Source: Felis catus (lineage: Eukaryota). From it: 64,000 nucleotides of DNA. Positions 52,124 to 64,000 of the stretch are shown piece by piece (the first letter of the stretch is position 1; each line of letters opens with the position of its first letter). The stretch covers positions 58,654,001-58,718,000 of the forward strand of contig NC_058368.1 of NCBI RefSeq assembly GCF_018350175.1, read 5' to 3'. The notes beneath the pieces were generated by a model. It saw only the letters and a program-made list of their open reading frames with translations. It was not told where the DNA came from and did not search any database. Position numbers and translations under genes: made by a program.

Positions 52124-52160
52124 TTTTCTTTTTTTTATTACTTAAATTTTTATTATTTGT

Positions 52161-52201
<41 letters not shown>

Positions 52202-52484
52202 ATATAATGAATTGTCAATTGGCTAACATACAGTGTGTAAAGCGTGCTCTTGTTTTTTGGGGGTTGATTCCCGTGGTTCATCGCTTGCATACAACACCCA
52301 GTGCTCATCTCAACAAGTGCCCTCCTCAATGCCCATCACCCAGTTTCCCCTCTCTCCCCATCAACCCTCAGTGTGTTCTCCATATTTAAGAGTCTCTTAT
52401 GGTTTGCCTCCCTCCTTCCCTGTTTGTAACTATATTTTCCTTTTCCCTTCCCCCATGGTCTTCTGTTAAGTTTCTCAAGATCCA
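52124..52484 (-). mobile_element. Short felid L1 3'UTR fragment
   Basis: (TTTA)n tail, acaacacccagtgctcatc, ttctgttaagtttctcaagatcca; no clear TSD. Confidence 0.92.
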
Positions 52485-52664
52485 GAAAGAAAGTGTGTTG
52501 CATGCTGAGATAGACGCTTGTGTGTGTTTTTGTTCTAATTATCACTCATTTACGTATGACATATACCTCCAAAACACAGACTTACTAATGTAGAAAAGAA
52601 AAAAAATGTCTAAATCTTTTACTGAATTAAAACAAATTCTAAACAATAGGCATTTTAATAAAAA

Positions 52665-52790
52665 TAATGGCTAACACGTTTCTGTACACTTACTATGTGC
52701 CAGACACTGACATTTTAGATGGATTATCTATATTAAAGCGGACAAGGACACAATAGTTGGGCTTTATTTTTATTTCCATTATGTTGGTAA
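52665..52790 (-). mobile_element. MIR fragment
   Basis: ataatggctaacac..cacttactatgtgccagacactg. Confidence 0.6.
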
Positions 52791-52949
52791 GGGAATTTTT
52801 AAAGGCCTACACTATTTTCCACTCCCACAGAAGAATTATGACCTTATCCACCCTCCATTATTGCCTACATAGAATGTAAATAATACAATTTTTAAGTATT
52901 TTCTAGTGTGATTGGTGCAAATCCTAAAATTAGTTTCTTTGGAGAGATT

Positions 52950-53160
52950 TTTCTTTTAATGTGTATTTATTTACTTTTGAGAGAGAGTGTGCATTCAAGC
53001 AGGGGAGGGGCAGAGAAAGAAAGAGAGAGAGAGAATCTCAAGCAGACTCCACGCCTTCCGCAGAGAGCCCAATGTGGGGCTAGAAGTCACTAACTAGAGA
53101 TCATGACCTGAGCCAAAATCCAGAGTCAGATGCTTAACCAACTTGCCACCTAGGCACTCC
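52950..53160 (-). mobile_element. Can-SINE
   Basis: TSD tggagagatt (52940-52949 / 53161-53170). Confidence 0.93.
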
Positions 53161-53254
53161 TGGAGAGATTGTTTTTAATCAATGCAGCACACAATCTCTA
53201 TTTCATAGTATTTGTAGCATCTAAGAGTTGTGTGTCAAGAAGAGTATCATGTGG

Positions 53255-53482
53255 GGGGGGGCTCCTGGGTGTCGCAGTCGGTTAAGCGTCCGACTTCAGC
53301 CAGGTCACGATCTCGCGGTCCGTGAGTTCGAGCCCCGCGTCAGGCTCTGGGCTGATGGCTCAGAGCCTGGAGCCTGTTTCCGATTCTGTGTGTCTCCCTC
53401 TCTCTCTGCCCCTCCCCCGTTCATGCTCTGTCTCTCTCTGTCCCAAAAATAAATAAACGTTGAAAAAAAAATTTTTTTTTAA
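53255..53482 (+). mobile_element. Young SINEC_Fc-type SINE
   Basis: Perfect 18-bp TSD aagaagagtatcatgtgg (53237-53254 / 53483-53500). Confidence 0.97.
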
Positions 53483-53859
53483 AAGAAGAGTATCATGTGG
53501 AATGTGGCATTTGGATTGGTGGTTAAAAGAGAATTGGAGCTGTTTGCAAAGCAAAAATTTCAAAAAGTATTTGTAGTGCTTGATACCATTTATAATAAGG
53601 TTTCTACTGCCTCTATTAATAACAAGTCATTTTTTAAAGTTGTTTCAAAGTGTTCCACTTATTAGAGATGGATTTAAATTGAAAGAGTACGAAGGCAGGA
53701 GTCACCTTTTCTTACTACTCAGGCATTTTGGCATATCTGGAATGGCTGTTGGGACATTAATGACCCCTCCAGGGATACCTTGGTGCACATCCCCATTTAA
53801 TGAAAACTGATGCACCGCTTCAGATTGCTATTTCAAACAGTGTTAGCCATGTAATAAAC

Positions 53860-54155
53860 TACCCTCCTCACCTCACCAGCCGTTCTCTATTCCAGTTTTA
53901 TTTTTCTTTACAAAATGTATAATTCCCTGCAATTATTTCATTGTTTTTATTTGTTTGTCATTTATTTCTCCCCACAGGAGTGTAAGCTACGTAATTGCAA
54001 GGACCATTCTGCTCTTATTTACTTGTATCCTTAGTGCCATGGCCTGACATACACTAGGCATTTAATAATGAGACGTCAGAAAACTGTTCAATGTCACACA
54101 GCTGGTAAGTGGCTGAGAAAGGATTATAACGGCAAATATTTAGTTAAATTCATTG
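53860..54155 (+). mobile_element. L2 3' end with a small MIR piece
   Basis: gtgtaagctac..gcaaggacc..gtatccttagtgcc..ggcctgacatac; MIR core gtcacacagctggtaagtggc at ~54093. Confidence 0.65.
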
Positions 54156-56992
54156 GATAATTGATGAAGAACACTAATTTGAATCGCACGCTGTATTGGG
54201 AGCATTTGAGGATATCTCTCATTTCATAATTTAGGCTTAATCATTTTCTGACTCCACTCATTTTGAAATTTATATTCTTGTTTTCTCTCTTTTGTCCTTC
54301 CCTCTCTTTCCACTTTTTTCATATTCTTCTGAGTTCCTCAAAGGACTCAAGGAAGCTATTTCTACATTTTCCAGATCTGGCAAAGTTTTACTCTGATGTG
54401 TCTATCACATGCTTCTAACAAGTACCCTATTATCTATTCATGAAATTGGGTGACGATGTATTTACTTGAGTCTAGACAGGGTTGTTACTCAGTTTTGAGT
54501 TATTGTTGTTTTCCCAAAGAGTGTCTCTAAGTGCAGTTTGATTTTAATGCAGAGCAAGTGGCAGATATTAAACAAGCTTCAATTCTAATATGTGTAATAA
54601 ATACATAAACCTTTGTAACTGATTTGCTTGAATTGATGTTTTTGGAGAAGATATAATACACTTAAACACACAATTTTTATGTTGGGCCATGTTTATGTGA
54701 TCTCCAAAGCATCCCACTTCAAAGAATCAAAGAGTTCTTTGTAAGTCGAGGCAGGCAAATCATTTCATTATCAGGCTATTACATCAACACATCAGGATTC
54801 CTTCTGAATGCAGACTGTTGATATCCCTCTGTCTCCTTTCCAGCTGGCAGTTTTGGACACTCCACTGATTTTTTTTCAGTTTTTCATCACTTCAACAATA
54901 CAGTCTATTTACTATCTCACATTTTTTAAATCTTTCCTGTATTACAGGCCCAAATGCCAAACACAGGCAAATTCTCTCAATCTTATACACCAATAATATC
55001 TTTGGCTTTTCATTAGAGACCATTAAAAATGTTAGATTATCACTGCGATACTATTGTTCCACTGTACCATTCCAGCAAAACAGCATTTTCTCTCTCAGGT
55101 AAAGAGAGTGGATTACTGTTAATACTTAGTTTGACACACTGGCAAGGTAGTAGACAGATATTTCCTCTTTTACAATAGACATATTATCTGTGAGAGGAAT
55201 AGGGTATTATCTCATCAGACCTAGTAATAAAGAACCCAATATCTTTCCCAGCTATATTTACGGCTTTGTTACAAAACAAAAAGCATTGGAAAGACAACTG
55301 ACTAAGAAAAAAATGATGCTCTAACCTTTGATTCTGGATGACAATATAGAATCCTATATATTCTAAATCCAATTGGATTCTAAATCCAATCCTTTGCCTT
55401 GTCATGTTTGCATTTTGTTTATCTTGCTTGGAAGAGGAAAGAGAATCCTTTCTAGAAATCAGATGTCTAATAATAAGGATTTTAGATTTCAAAACATATA
55501 CTCAGTGACAGCTCAGGTCAATAATCTCAATGCATAGTTCATGTGGAGCTTATACAGGGAGTAATATGGAAAATGTTGGTGTCTTTGAGTTTGAAACCCT
55601 CCTCTCAGCCCATTAAGTACAGCTGTGTTGCACAAATTTAGACATATTTAATGTAAAAAATACAACAAAAATAGTGATTATTCTTTTTTCCAATAGAATA
55701 TTTACAACTCTTTTAATAGCTCCATTATCAGTCATCCATTTTTCACTATTCTTTCAAGTCATTTCTTTGGTATCTACCTTATTTCAGTGTTGTATTATTT
55801 GTTGGTTATATAGTGATAAAACACAAATATCCTGTCCGCATTGAATTTATTTTATTGAACAATTATTGCAAAAGCACCACATAATAGATCTCCTAATCAG
55901 ATGTTTTGTGTTAATAACTGACATGGTTACTGGAATTTCTTTCTCTGTTCTGAACTCCTATGATCTTAAGTAACCATCAGATATATGTATATGTTTTGAA
56001 TCTCATTTCCTAGATTATGTGTAGCTAGTACTTTTAATAATTCTTTCCAAATATGAATTTCATGAATGTATAAAATGGAGAAGCTAAAGTCTAGACTTAT
56101 CAAAAACAGTTAACATCATTATAAAATGCATTATTTAGGTTAAATCCTAGTATTCATTTTGAACTATCTATGTCTTGGAAAAATAGGATTTTGTTTTTCA
56201 GTTTAGAACTTCTTGAATCCTATACCTCTGAGACTTTAACACATTCTCTAGACAGTAAGATTAATTTATAATTTGTGATTTATAAATAATAATGATTTAT
56301 TTTACAGAGAATTCCTGTCCTCATATATTGATGCTGTCCTTTGTAACAACTGAATTTCTAACTACTATCAAGTTGTTTAACATTATATTATTTATTAATA
56401 AGTAATACTATATTTCTACTTATGGAAGGCAAGAAAATTTATTTCTTTCACTTCATTGAAAATTCATTCGCCATTTTTTAGTATGCTTAAACACTTGAAC
56501 ATGTTTTATCATCTGAATGAAAATGGACTGAAAATATTTTCAAACCAGATAACATATATATACAGTTTTTTCAAAGTATCAAGAAAATATGTATGGATTG
56601 AAAGTATTACAAACAATTCACATGTTATCTGAAAGTTTTAGCATGTAAAAGTTAGCACTAAAATGTGATCAAGATTTGAATTCATAACATTCCTAAGAAT
56701 GACATGTAAACCAAATCTAATTTAAGGTTTGAAAGTCCCACTGATAAATATGTGCCAGATTAAAATTAGAAAAAGATGTGTGTAAAAAAAAAAATCCAAA
56801 CAAATCAACTCTGTATGAATTTAATATTTTATGAATAGAATGAATAGAAGACAAAACTGATTGGTTAAAAATTAAAGTCTTGCAAATAAACACAAGGGGT
56901 AGGCTAATGTGATTTTGAGTAAAAATAATATTAGAATTGACAGCTGTGTTCAAAATTGATTTATTAATTGGTCAAATCACTCATTCTTTTTT

Positions 56993-57212
56993 AAAAAAAA
57001 TTTTAATGCTTTATTTGTTTTTGAGAGAGAGAGGGAGAAACAGAGTACTAGTGGGGGTAGGACAGAGAGGGAGACACAGATTTCGAAGCAGGGTCCAGGT
57101 TCTGAGCTGTCAGCATAGAGCCTGTTGTGGGGCTTGAACTCGAGAACTGTGAGATAGATCATGACCTGAGCCAGAGTTGGACGCTTAATAGACTGAGCCA
57201 CCCAGGCACCCC
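56993..57212 (-). mobile_element. Can-SINE
   Basis: TSD tcactcattctt / tcacccattctt. Confidence 0.94.
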
Positions 57213-58059
57213 TCACCCATTCTTATTAAGTTCATGTTGTACATATAAATAACATAATAATTTATGTGATGAATGTTGTTGGAGATGCTAGGAAAAAGAA
57301 GTGTTTGTATCATCCACAGTCTTAAAACATGAAAAGTGAGATAAGGCACTAACCCAATGCCACATGTTAAGAGGACTATCCTCTTGGCATCTAGACTTCA
57401 AGGAATCTTTTTCCTTGCTTTTCACACAAACTTCTATACATGTCATAATCAAGTTACCTAAATAGTGAATTTTGGGGGTGTCCATTTAACATGTCCTTTT
57501 TTTCTCTTTTGGGGGTTTATCTTCAAGATGTAAAAGCTTACCCTATCTGCTATTACATAGTCAACCCTTAAAGATTTAGGGTAGACCTGTAATTGTTCTA
57601 TTCTGTCCATGAAAGGATGGGTAATTTTAATTCAGAGTTTGGAGTTAGGAAGAGGGAAAGAGTACAACTCTCAGTGAGAAACAGAATAAAGAGGTCAAGA
57701 CATGATGCCATCTGAGACTTGGAATGCTTGTATAAAGTATTGAAGTGGGAAAATACATGTGAAATTCAGAGAAAGTAATAGAGTCAAATTCATAGTCTGG
57801 ATTATGAAGCAGGATTGTAATATTTGAGAGCAATGTGAATAAAGTAAATATTAAACCTTAAAATTTATTGAGAGAGGTAGTATATATATTTCTCTGTTTT
57901 ATTTCTTAGTAGATCATATATCCTCCATGGCTGTAAACAAATCTGTCCTTGATTTTAGAAGGAAACATTATATCTTTCAAGGCTGTTTAATTTACAAACA
58001 TTCTTACAAAAGTAGTCTGGAGCAAAATCTTTTAGTGTCTCTGTTACAACTTGTGTAGA

Positions 58060-58330
58060 GAAATGAGAAGCCCATGGAGAATGGTCTCCCAGGAGATGGT
58101 AGGGTCAGGGCATCCATAGTAAACAGAGTGGCCAGAGAGATCTCACTGGGAAGAACATATTTTAGTAAAGACCTGTAGAAAGTGGAAGGGGGAGCCATGT
58201 AATATCTTGGGCACATCAAGGTAGAATAAAAAACATACACAAAGACATTGATGTGGCAGTGGGCTTTGCATGTTTGTGGAACAGCGAGAAGGCAAATGTG
58301 ACTAGAAAGGAATGAGGAAGGAAAAGAATG
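58060..58330 (-). mobile_element. L2 fragment
   Basis: gagtggccagagagatctcactg..aagacctg..ggagccatgt..gtggaacagcgagaaggcaaatgtgactaga. Confidence 0.7.
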
Positions 58331-58479
58331 ATGTTAGATAAGTTCTGGAAAGAGTTTTGAATATGAATGATTACTACCTTGTTAAACTTTTCTATTGTTT
58401 CTCATAGTTTTCGGTAGTTTATCTTGTCCTATTTATATAAATAAATATTCTTCAAATTGTTTTTTTTTTTCACTTTCTA

Positions 58480-59600
58480 ATCCATAAGCATTTGTTGTTG
58501 TTGTTTTAATTACACTTACAGGACATCCAGTATAATGTTAAATGTGCTTAGTGGTAAATTAATTTCTTTTTCTTTTTCCTGATTTTAAGGAGAATGAGTT
58601 CATCATTTTGTCATTTAGAATGACATTTTTAATATGCTTATTGTTGTTAACATCTACTGGATAAAGAAAGTTCTATTTAATTCTTAACTTACAGAGTTTT
58701 TGTCATACAATTATGTTAAATGTTATCAAATATCTTCTCTGTATCTATTGAGATCATATGACATTTTCATAAAAGAAGTAAATGACATTAACATTTTTCA
58801 GATTTTATTATATTATCATTGATTGACATGAAGAAACCTAACTTTGTTAAAGTAATTATCTTTTTAATATATTTTTTGCATTTGCTTTTCTCATACTTTT
58901 TAGCCTTTTACCCATATTAAAAGCAATATCGAATTTAACTTTCTTTTTTCATATCATGCTTGGCATTTTAGGATCAAAATTATACTGTCGTTGTTGAATG
59001 AGTTGGGCAGTATTCTTTATTTTTCTGTTAGAAGTGTCTCTGAAAAATGCTTCTGAAAAAACTTTCATAAGATAGGAATAATATGTTTCTTGGCAGACAG
59101 AACTTGCTTAGAAAACTTCATGGTCACAAAGTTTGTTTGGTTCAAGATTTTTAACAACTTCTTCATTGCCTTAACTTGTCGATTGTGGGATTCTTTATGC
59201 TTTTTCTATTTGGGCCAAATTTGGCTAAGTTAAAGAAATTTTGGAAGGTGTCCGTTTTTAATTCACTGACATTACTTTTACAGTAATTTGTTTTAAATAT
59301 CTTCTTCAAATGTAGCTACATTTCTTTTTACTCTTAACAATATGTATTTCTGCACCCACCCTCTTCTTATTTAGGCTTATCAGAGATATGTTTGTTTTGT
59401 TATGTTTTTCTAAGAAAAAGATAGATTTATTGATATTTTGTTATATTTTTTCCCCACTTCACTGGTTTCAGATTTTGTTTTTATTAACTTCTTGTTTACA
59501 CATTCTTAGGTTTATTTTGTTATTCTTTTTATCATCAAAGTTTGCATCATTAGCTTTAAATTTTGTCCTTTTTAAAAATTATTCCTTTGAAATATAAATC
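58480..59600 (-). mobile_element. Ancient L1 (L1MC/ME-like) ORF2 fragment
   Basis: catccagtataatgttaaat, cctgattttaagg, atcaaatatcttctctgtatctattgagatcat, aatgagttgggcagtattc. Confidence 0.75.
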
Positions 59601-59759
59601 TCTGCTGCTATCTTCTCATTTTAACTTATATACATGCTTAAGAAATTACACAGTGGTCCAAATAATACTAAAGCCAAAATACCTCACACATTGAGTTTAG
59701 TTGATCCCAAGGCAATCTATATTCCCTAGCCTGATCATAGTCTATCTAAAGACATGTAT

Positions 59760-59980
59760 GGGGCGCCTGGGTGGGTCAGTCGGTTAAGCGTCCAACTTCG
59801 GCTCAGGTCATGATCTCGCGGTTTGTGAGTTCGAGCCCCGCGTCAGGCTCTGTGCTGACAGCTCAGAGCCTGCAGCCCGTTTCAGATTCTGTGTCTCCTT
59901 CTCTCTCTGCCCCTCCCCTGTTCATGCTCTGTCTCTCTCTGTCTCAAAAATAAATAAACGTTAAAAAAATTAAAAAAAAA
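59760..59980 (+). mobile_element. SINEC_Fc-type SINE
   Basis: Near consensus; TSD taaagacatgt. Confidence 0.96.
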
Positions 59981-60129
59981 TAAAGACATGTGTGTTTAAG
60001 AAATAAGCTCATATATCAGATAAGTATTAGAGCATAAATAAGCAAAGTATAAAGTGAAGCTAGAAATACACACCAAAATTGATGGGTTCAAAATAAGAAG
60101 CATGCAGGCTTCCCACATAAGTAAACATC

Positions 60130-61020
60130 TGAATAGTATTTTACACCAACAAAAGACATTTCCAGGTAAGTAAGATAATATAGAAGGGAAATCCCAGGTA
60201 GATAAAGATGACAACTTATATCAAGAGCAGAAATTGTTAGAGAATTTCCAATTTTAGGAAGTGTAAATAATTCAGTGTGTGAAGATCATGGATACTGGGT
60301 TAGAGATGTAACATCTAGACAGAAAGCTTAATAGATTAAATAGACTTAGACCAAAGCATAATGGATCTTAAATGCCAAGTTGATCAGTTAGATTTATCTG
60401 AAATATTACCAAAAAATTTCAAGCAAGTGAGTGACATAGTAAAAATTATTGTTTAAGAAAATCCTGATAGATGTGTAGAATGCATTGGATGCAAGGTATT
60501 TCAATAATCTAGCCTAAATTTATTCATAAGCATAACTAGACTGTAAAAGAGGGATAAAAAAAGGGGCACAAACGCTTCAGATATGGTAGACATAGCATCG
60601 ATCATACTCAGAACATGAGTATGAATGAAGGACTAAGGAGAGAAGACAGAGAAGTAAAGGTTGATTCAAACCTTATTTAAATTTGTGGCAAGTGGATTGT
60701 AAAATGAAGACAACCTTAGAAGGGTCAGATTTTACTATTAAAATTGTGAGATTCAATTAGACTTGGAAATCAGGTATCCTGGATTATTAAGTTGATGGTT
60801 GATACCACTGAAACTAATGGAGAAGAAAGTTTTATTAATGATGAACATAATATAATGTCTAATATTAGGTCACATATGACAATATTAGGTCACTTTTTTT
60901 ACATGTACGGTTTTATTAATGGTTTGGGCAGGGTGAATTCCATAGCACATAAATTGGAAACCACACTGCTGTGGATTGAAAAGTGAATAGCAATGAGATA
61001 AAAACACTAAGGACACTTCC
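60130..61020 (-). mobile_element. Diverged L2 fragments
   Basis: gacatttccagg, aatgccaag, aagcaagtgagtgacat, gatggttgataccactga motifs. Confidence 0.5.
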
Positions 61021-61039
61021 AAGAAGATTGACTCTACTG

Positions 61040-61349
61040 TTGACCATAGTAAGTTTCAGTTATGCAAGATGAGTAAATCCCAAGATCTACTGTATAGCAT
61101 AGTGCCTGTCATTAATAATACTGCATCATATACTTCCAAGAAGATAAATCCTATGTTAAGTGTTTCTATCTCAAAATTATAACAAATACATAAAGAAGGT
61201 GGGAGGACATTTTTGGAAGTGATGGATACCTGTATGACACAGATTATGGTGATGGTTTCCCCTATCTCTAAATTCATCAAGTTGTGTACATTAAATATGT
61301 ACAATAATTTGTATGTCAATCATACCTCAATAAAGTGGCTTAAAAAAAA
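61040..61349 (+). mobile_element. Old L1MA-type 3' end
   Basis: tttcagttatgcaagatgagtaa..gatctactgtatagcatagtg..tgtcaatcatacctcaataaag and A tail. Confidence 0.9.
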
Positions 61350-61809
61350 GGATTGGCTTTAAAGGAGTGAAAGAAAGGGTGTGTAAGAATGAGGAGGATG
61401 CTTTGGATTTCTGTTATTTTTTTAAATTGTAGAATATATTTGTTTAATGATGGAACAAAGTAAGCAAAAATTAAGACAAAACAAGTTAATTTTTGATAAT
61501 TCAAATAAAAATTATGTGATCCAGGTTATATTTATTACTACAATACATTAATTCATGGATGTAAAAATGTAGGTTTTTTGCAGTATGAGGGAAGTCATTT
61601 TGGGAAGTCATAAAAACACCAAATTTTGGTCCATAAAAATAGATCAAATAATAGTGCAAAAGAAGTCTGGAGCACATTATTGATTTTCTATATTTATAGG
61701 TGAATAAGGAGAGACTAAATCTCATAGCTGTAGAGCTAATATTTAGGTAATTTTTGGGGGGCATAGTACAGGAATTGGTAACAAAGATTTTGTTTTGGTA
61801 CATGTGTCT

Positions 61810-62010
61810 TATTCTCTGTAGCCATACTATTTGGTTTCTAATTCCACTCTTAGCTATTTTACACTGGGAAAATTACTTAAATTTTAATATCTACCTTCTC
61901 ACCTGTAAAATACAAATAATACTATGCCTCCTTCACTGATCATTGTGAAAGGTAAATGGCATAAGACCTTGTCTATTGTAAGATCTCAATATATTATAGC
62001 AATTACAATA
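61810..62010 (+). mobile_element. MIR SINE
   Basis: actcttagct..gggaaaattacttaa..ttctcacctgtaaaatacaaataatactatgcctcc. Confidence 0.65.
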
Positions 62011-62563
62011 GCAATTAATTGTTATTACATGGTTTCCCAGATCTGTGTCAGTCCATTTTCTTCTTTTATATGGTTCTACAAATTGTCTTTATTGGTTCTC
62101 ATAAACTGACTGTTTCTTCTTAAGCAGATACTTCTTCAGTACTTTTATTACTACTTGTGTAAGAAAATTATGTTTTACAATTTTATTATGCTACCAAATA
62201 ATTTATTATATTAGGCTTTTTGATAGGGTGTTGCAAAGCTTTTATTCTCTTCTTGAATTCTTAAGTTCACAAATGGTGAAAAGTGGTACTTGTTTACTGT
62301 GGAGCATTTCAGTCTCCCTCTCAGGGATCTTGGTGCAAAAGAAGACAGTAGGAACACAAACCATGAATCATCACACTACAAAGAATCTTCCAGCCACCCC
62401 AGCTTTTAGCATCTCAGCTGGTCAGCCAAAAAATACAGAAGTTAAAATTCTAGAACTGGTAGCACACTATTTCCCACTCAGAGCTTGTAACATCATAGTC
62501 TTGATGCTAGGCATTAGAAAGATCAGGCTTTCTAGTTATTTTTTTCAAATTAATCTTCTACAG

Positions 62564-62996
62564 CAGTGCTGTCCAGTAGAACTTTCTAAGGTGACAGAAA
62601 TGTTCTCTACCCCTGCTGTCCAAGATGGTAGTTACTATTTACATGTAGATATTGAGCAGTTGAAATGGGCCTAGCGTGACCAAGAAATTAAGTTTTAAAT
62701 TGTATTTAATTTTAAGTAAAAAAAAAATAAGTTGAGGGGTGCCTGGGTGGTTCAGTTGGTTGAGAGTCTGACTCTTGGTTTTGGCTCAGGTCATGATCTC
62801 ATGGCTCATGAGTTTGAGCCCCTTGTCAGGCTCTACTCTGACAGTACAGAACCTGGTTGGGATTTTCTTTCTCCTTCCTTCTCTGCCCCTCCCTCTCTTT
62901 CCCTCTCGCCTCCCCCCAAAAAATGAGTAAATAAACATTAAAAAATAAGTGGAAATAGCTACATATGGCTATTGGCTACTGTATTGGACTGCAAAG
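62564..62996. mobile_element. MER3-like hAT element interrupted by a SINE
   Basis: cagtgctgtccagtagaactttct..gaaatgttct..gctgtccaagatggtag; far end atagctacatatggctattggctactgtattggac. Confidence 0.85.
62736..62940 (+). mobile_element. Can-SINE inside MER3
   Basis: TSD aaaaaataagttga / aaaaaataagtgga. Confidence 0.94.
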
Positions 62997-63295
62997 TTGT
63001 AGAGTTATTTTCAACTTTCAAAAGTTTACTTCTAACAGTCATGTCATTTTTACAAGCATGCCTGAATGGAAGATTATTCTCTAAACTGAGAACCTTTATA
63101 CTTTATTCTTAAAGTCATGGTTACTGATTCTATGCAAAATGACTGATAGGATTGTCAATCTTTTCCACCCCTGGCAAGGTCCTGGCATTTTATTGATGAT
63201 GTTAACTCTGTACCTGAGCCCATGTATATCCCAAGGAGCTCTAAATTTCTATGTCCACATTTGACATGTTTTAATTGATCGTGGCCATTCCATTA

Positions 63296-63297
<2 letters not shown>

Positions 63298-63335
<38 letters not shown>
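63298..63335. repeat. (TG)19 microsatellite
   Basis: Uninterrupted TG run. Confidence 0.95.
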
Positions 63336-63336
<1 letters not shown>

Positions 63337-64000
63337 TCAAGGGATAAGGCATGTTGAGGGACTAGTGACATGGAGATCCAGGAGACCAGCTAGCATTAAG
63401 ACTGAATTCACCTACAGAGATTTCACTCTCAAGGAGAGGCTCTGAGGAAGTTGACAAGGAAATGATGATGTCTCTCCAGGCTGTGAGAACACCAATTTCA
63501 TGTGTTTTTAACATTTCAGTGGTTATTTTAGTAATGCTCTTGTTCTTTTCTAGATCAAAGGAAAGTTTGTGAATATATCTGAGGGAAAATAAATTATAGT
63601 GTTCGTTAATGTTAGCCTTTATTATTAAATATTTCTGCATTTGTTTCATTGTCAGAAATGTGAAATTTATATACTAACTCTCTAAGATGAAACCAATCAG
63701 AAGACAATGTTCTGCCTGTTCCTTTAGGTCATTTCCTCTTCTGTTATTGCTATTGCCTGTGCTTCTTCATTGTGTAGCCAGCTGTTCACTTACATTGCAC
63801 GTTGCAGAGACAAGCCAGTTCAATAGAATTCTGAAGCTGACAGTGTTGGATTAGCATGGTTTGTGAGAAAATTGCCCATAGTCAGAATAGAAGAAACAAT
63901 AACAGTGGAAGCCCTAGCACTTTGCTTTTTAAAATAAAGTCAGTTTAGATAAGAGTGTGACCCAGCCTGATCTATGGGAGCAGCGGAAGAGCAACCTAAT

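Noticed and set aside
62228..62674. 148-aa ORF
   Set aside because: Non-ATG start, runs into a MER3 relic, no recognisable domain.
1..64000. Host protein-coding gene or novel multi-gene system
   Set aside because: No ORF resembles a cellular protein I recognise; long ORFs map to L1, SINE or low-complexity DNA. Short exons of a large gene cannot be excluded without alignment.

Overview
AT-rich mammalian genomic DNA from a cat-family (Felidae/feliform) genome, judged from many felid-type Can-SINEs and carnivore/felid LINE-1s. I find no supportable host protein-coding exon: the long ORFs are LINE-1 remnants or chance/low-complexity frames, so this is intergenic or deep-intronic sequence. It holds two L1s that keep their 5' ends (3677-9106 minus; 15397-22539 plus), a very young 5'-truncated L1 with a perfect 16-bp TSD (12854-14254), many older L1 pieces, about 25 Can-SINEs, and old MIR, L2, hAT (MER) and MaLR/ERVL relics. 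Most notable: (1) the minus-strand L1 lacks about 1.44 kb of 5'UTR, with a junction matching GT/AG splice sites visible in the unspliced L1 in the same window, i.e. a probable spliced integrated L1 (SpIRE-like) in a felid; (2) a 40-nt tailless 5S rRNA retrocopy with TSD; (3) right beside it, three SINEs stacked in one re-used target site; (4) a twin-priming inverted L1. No wholly new multi-gene system can be supported. Subfamily names come from recalled consensus sequences, not a database search, and boundaries of old repeats are approximate.
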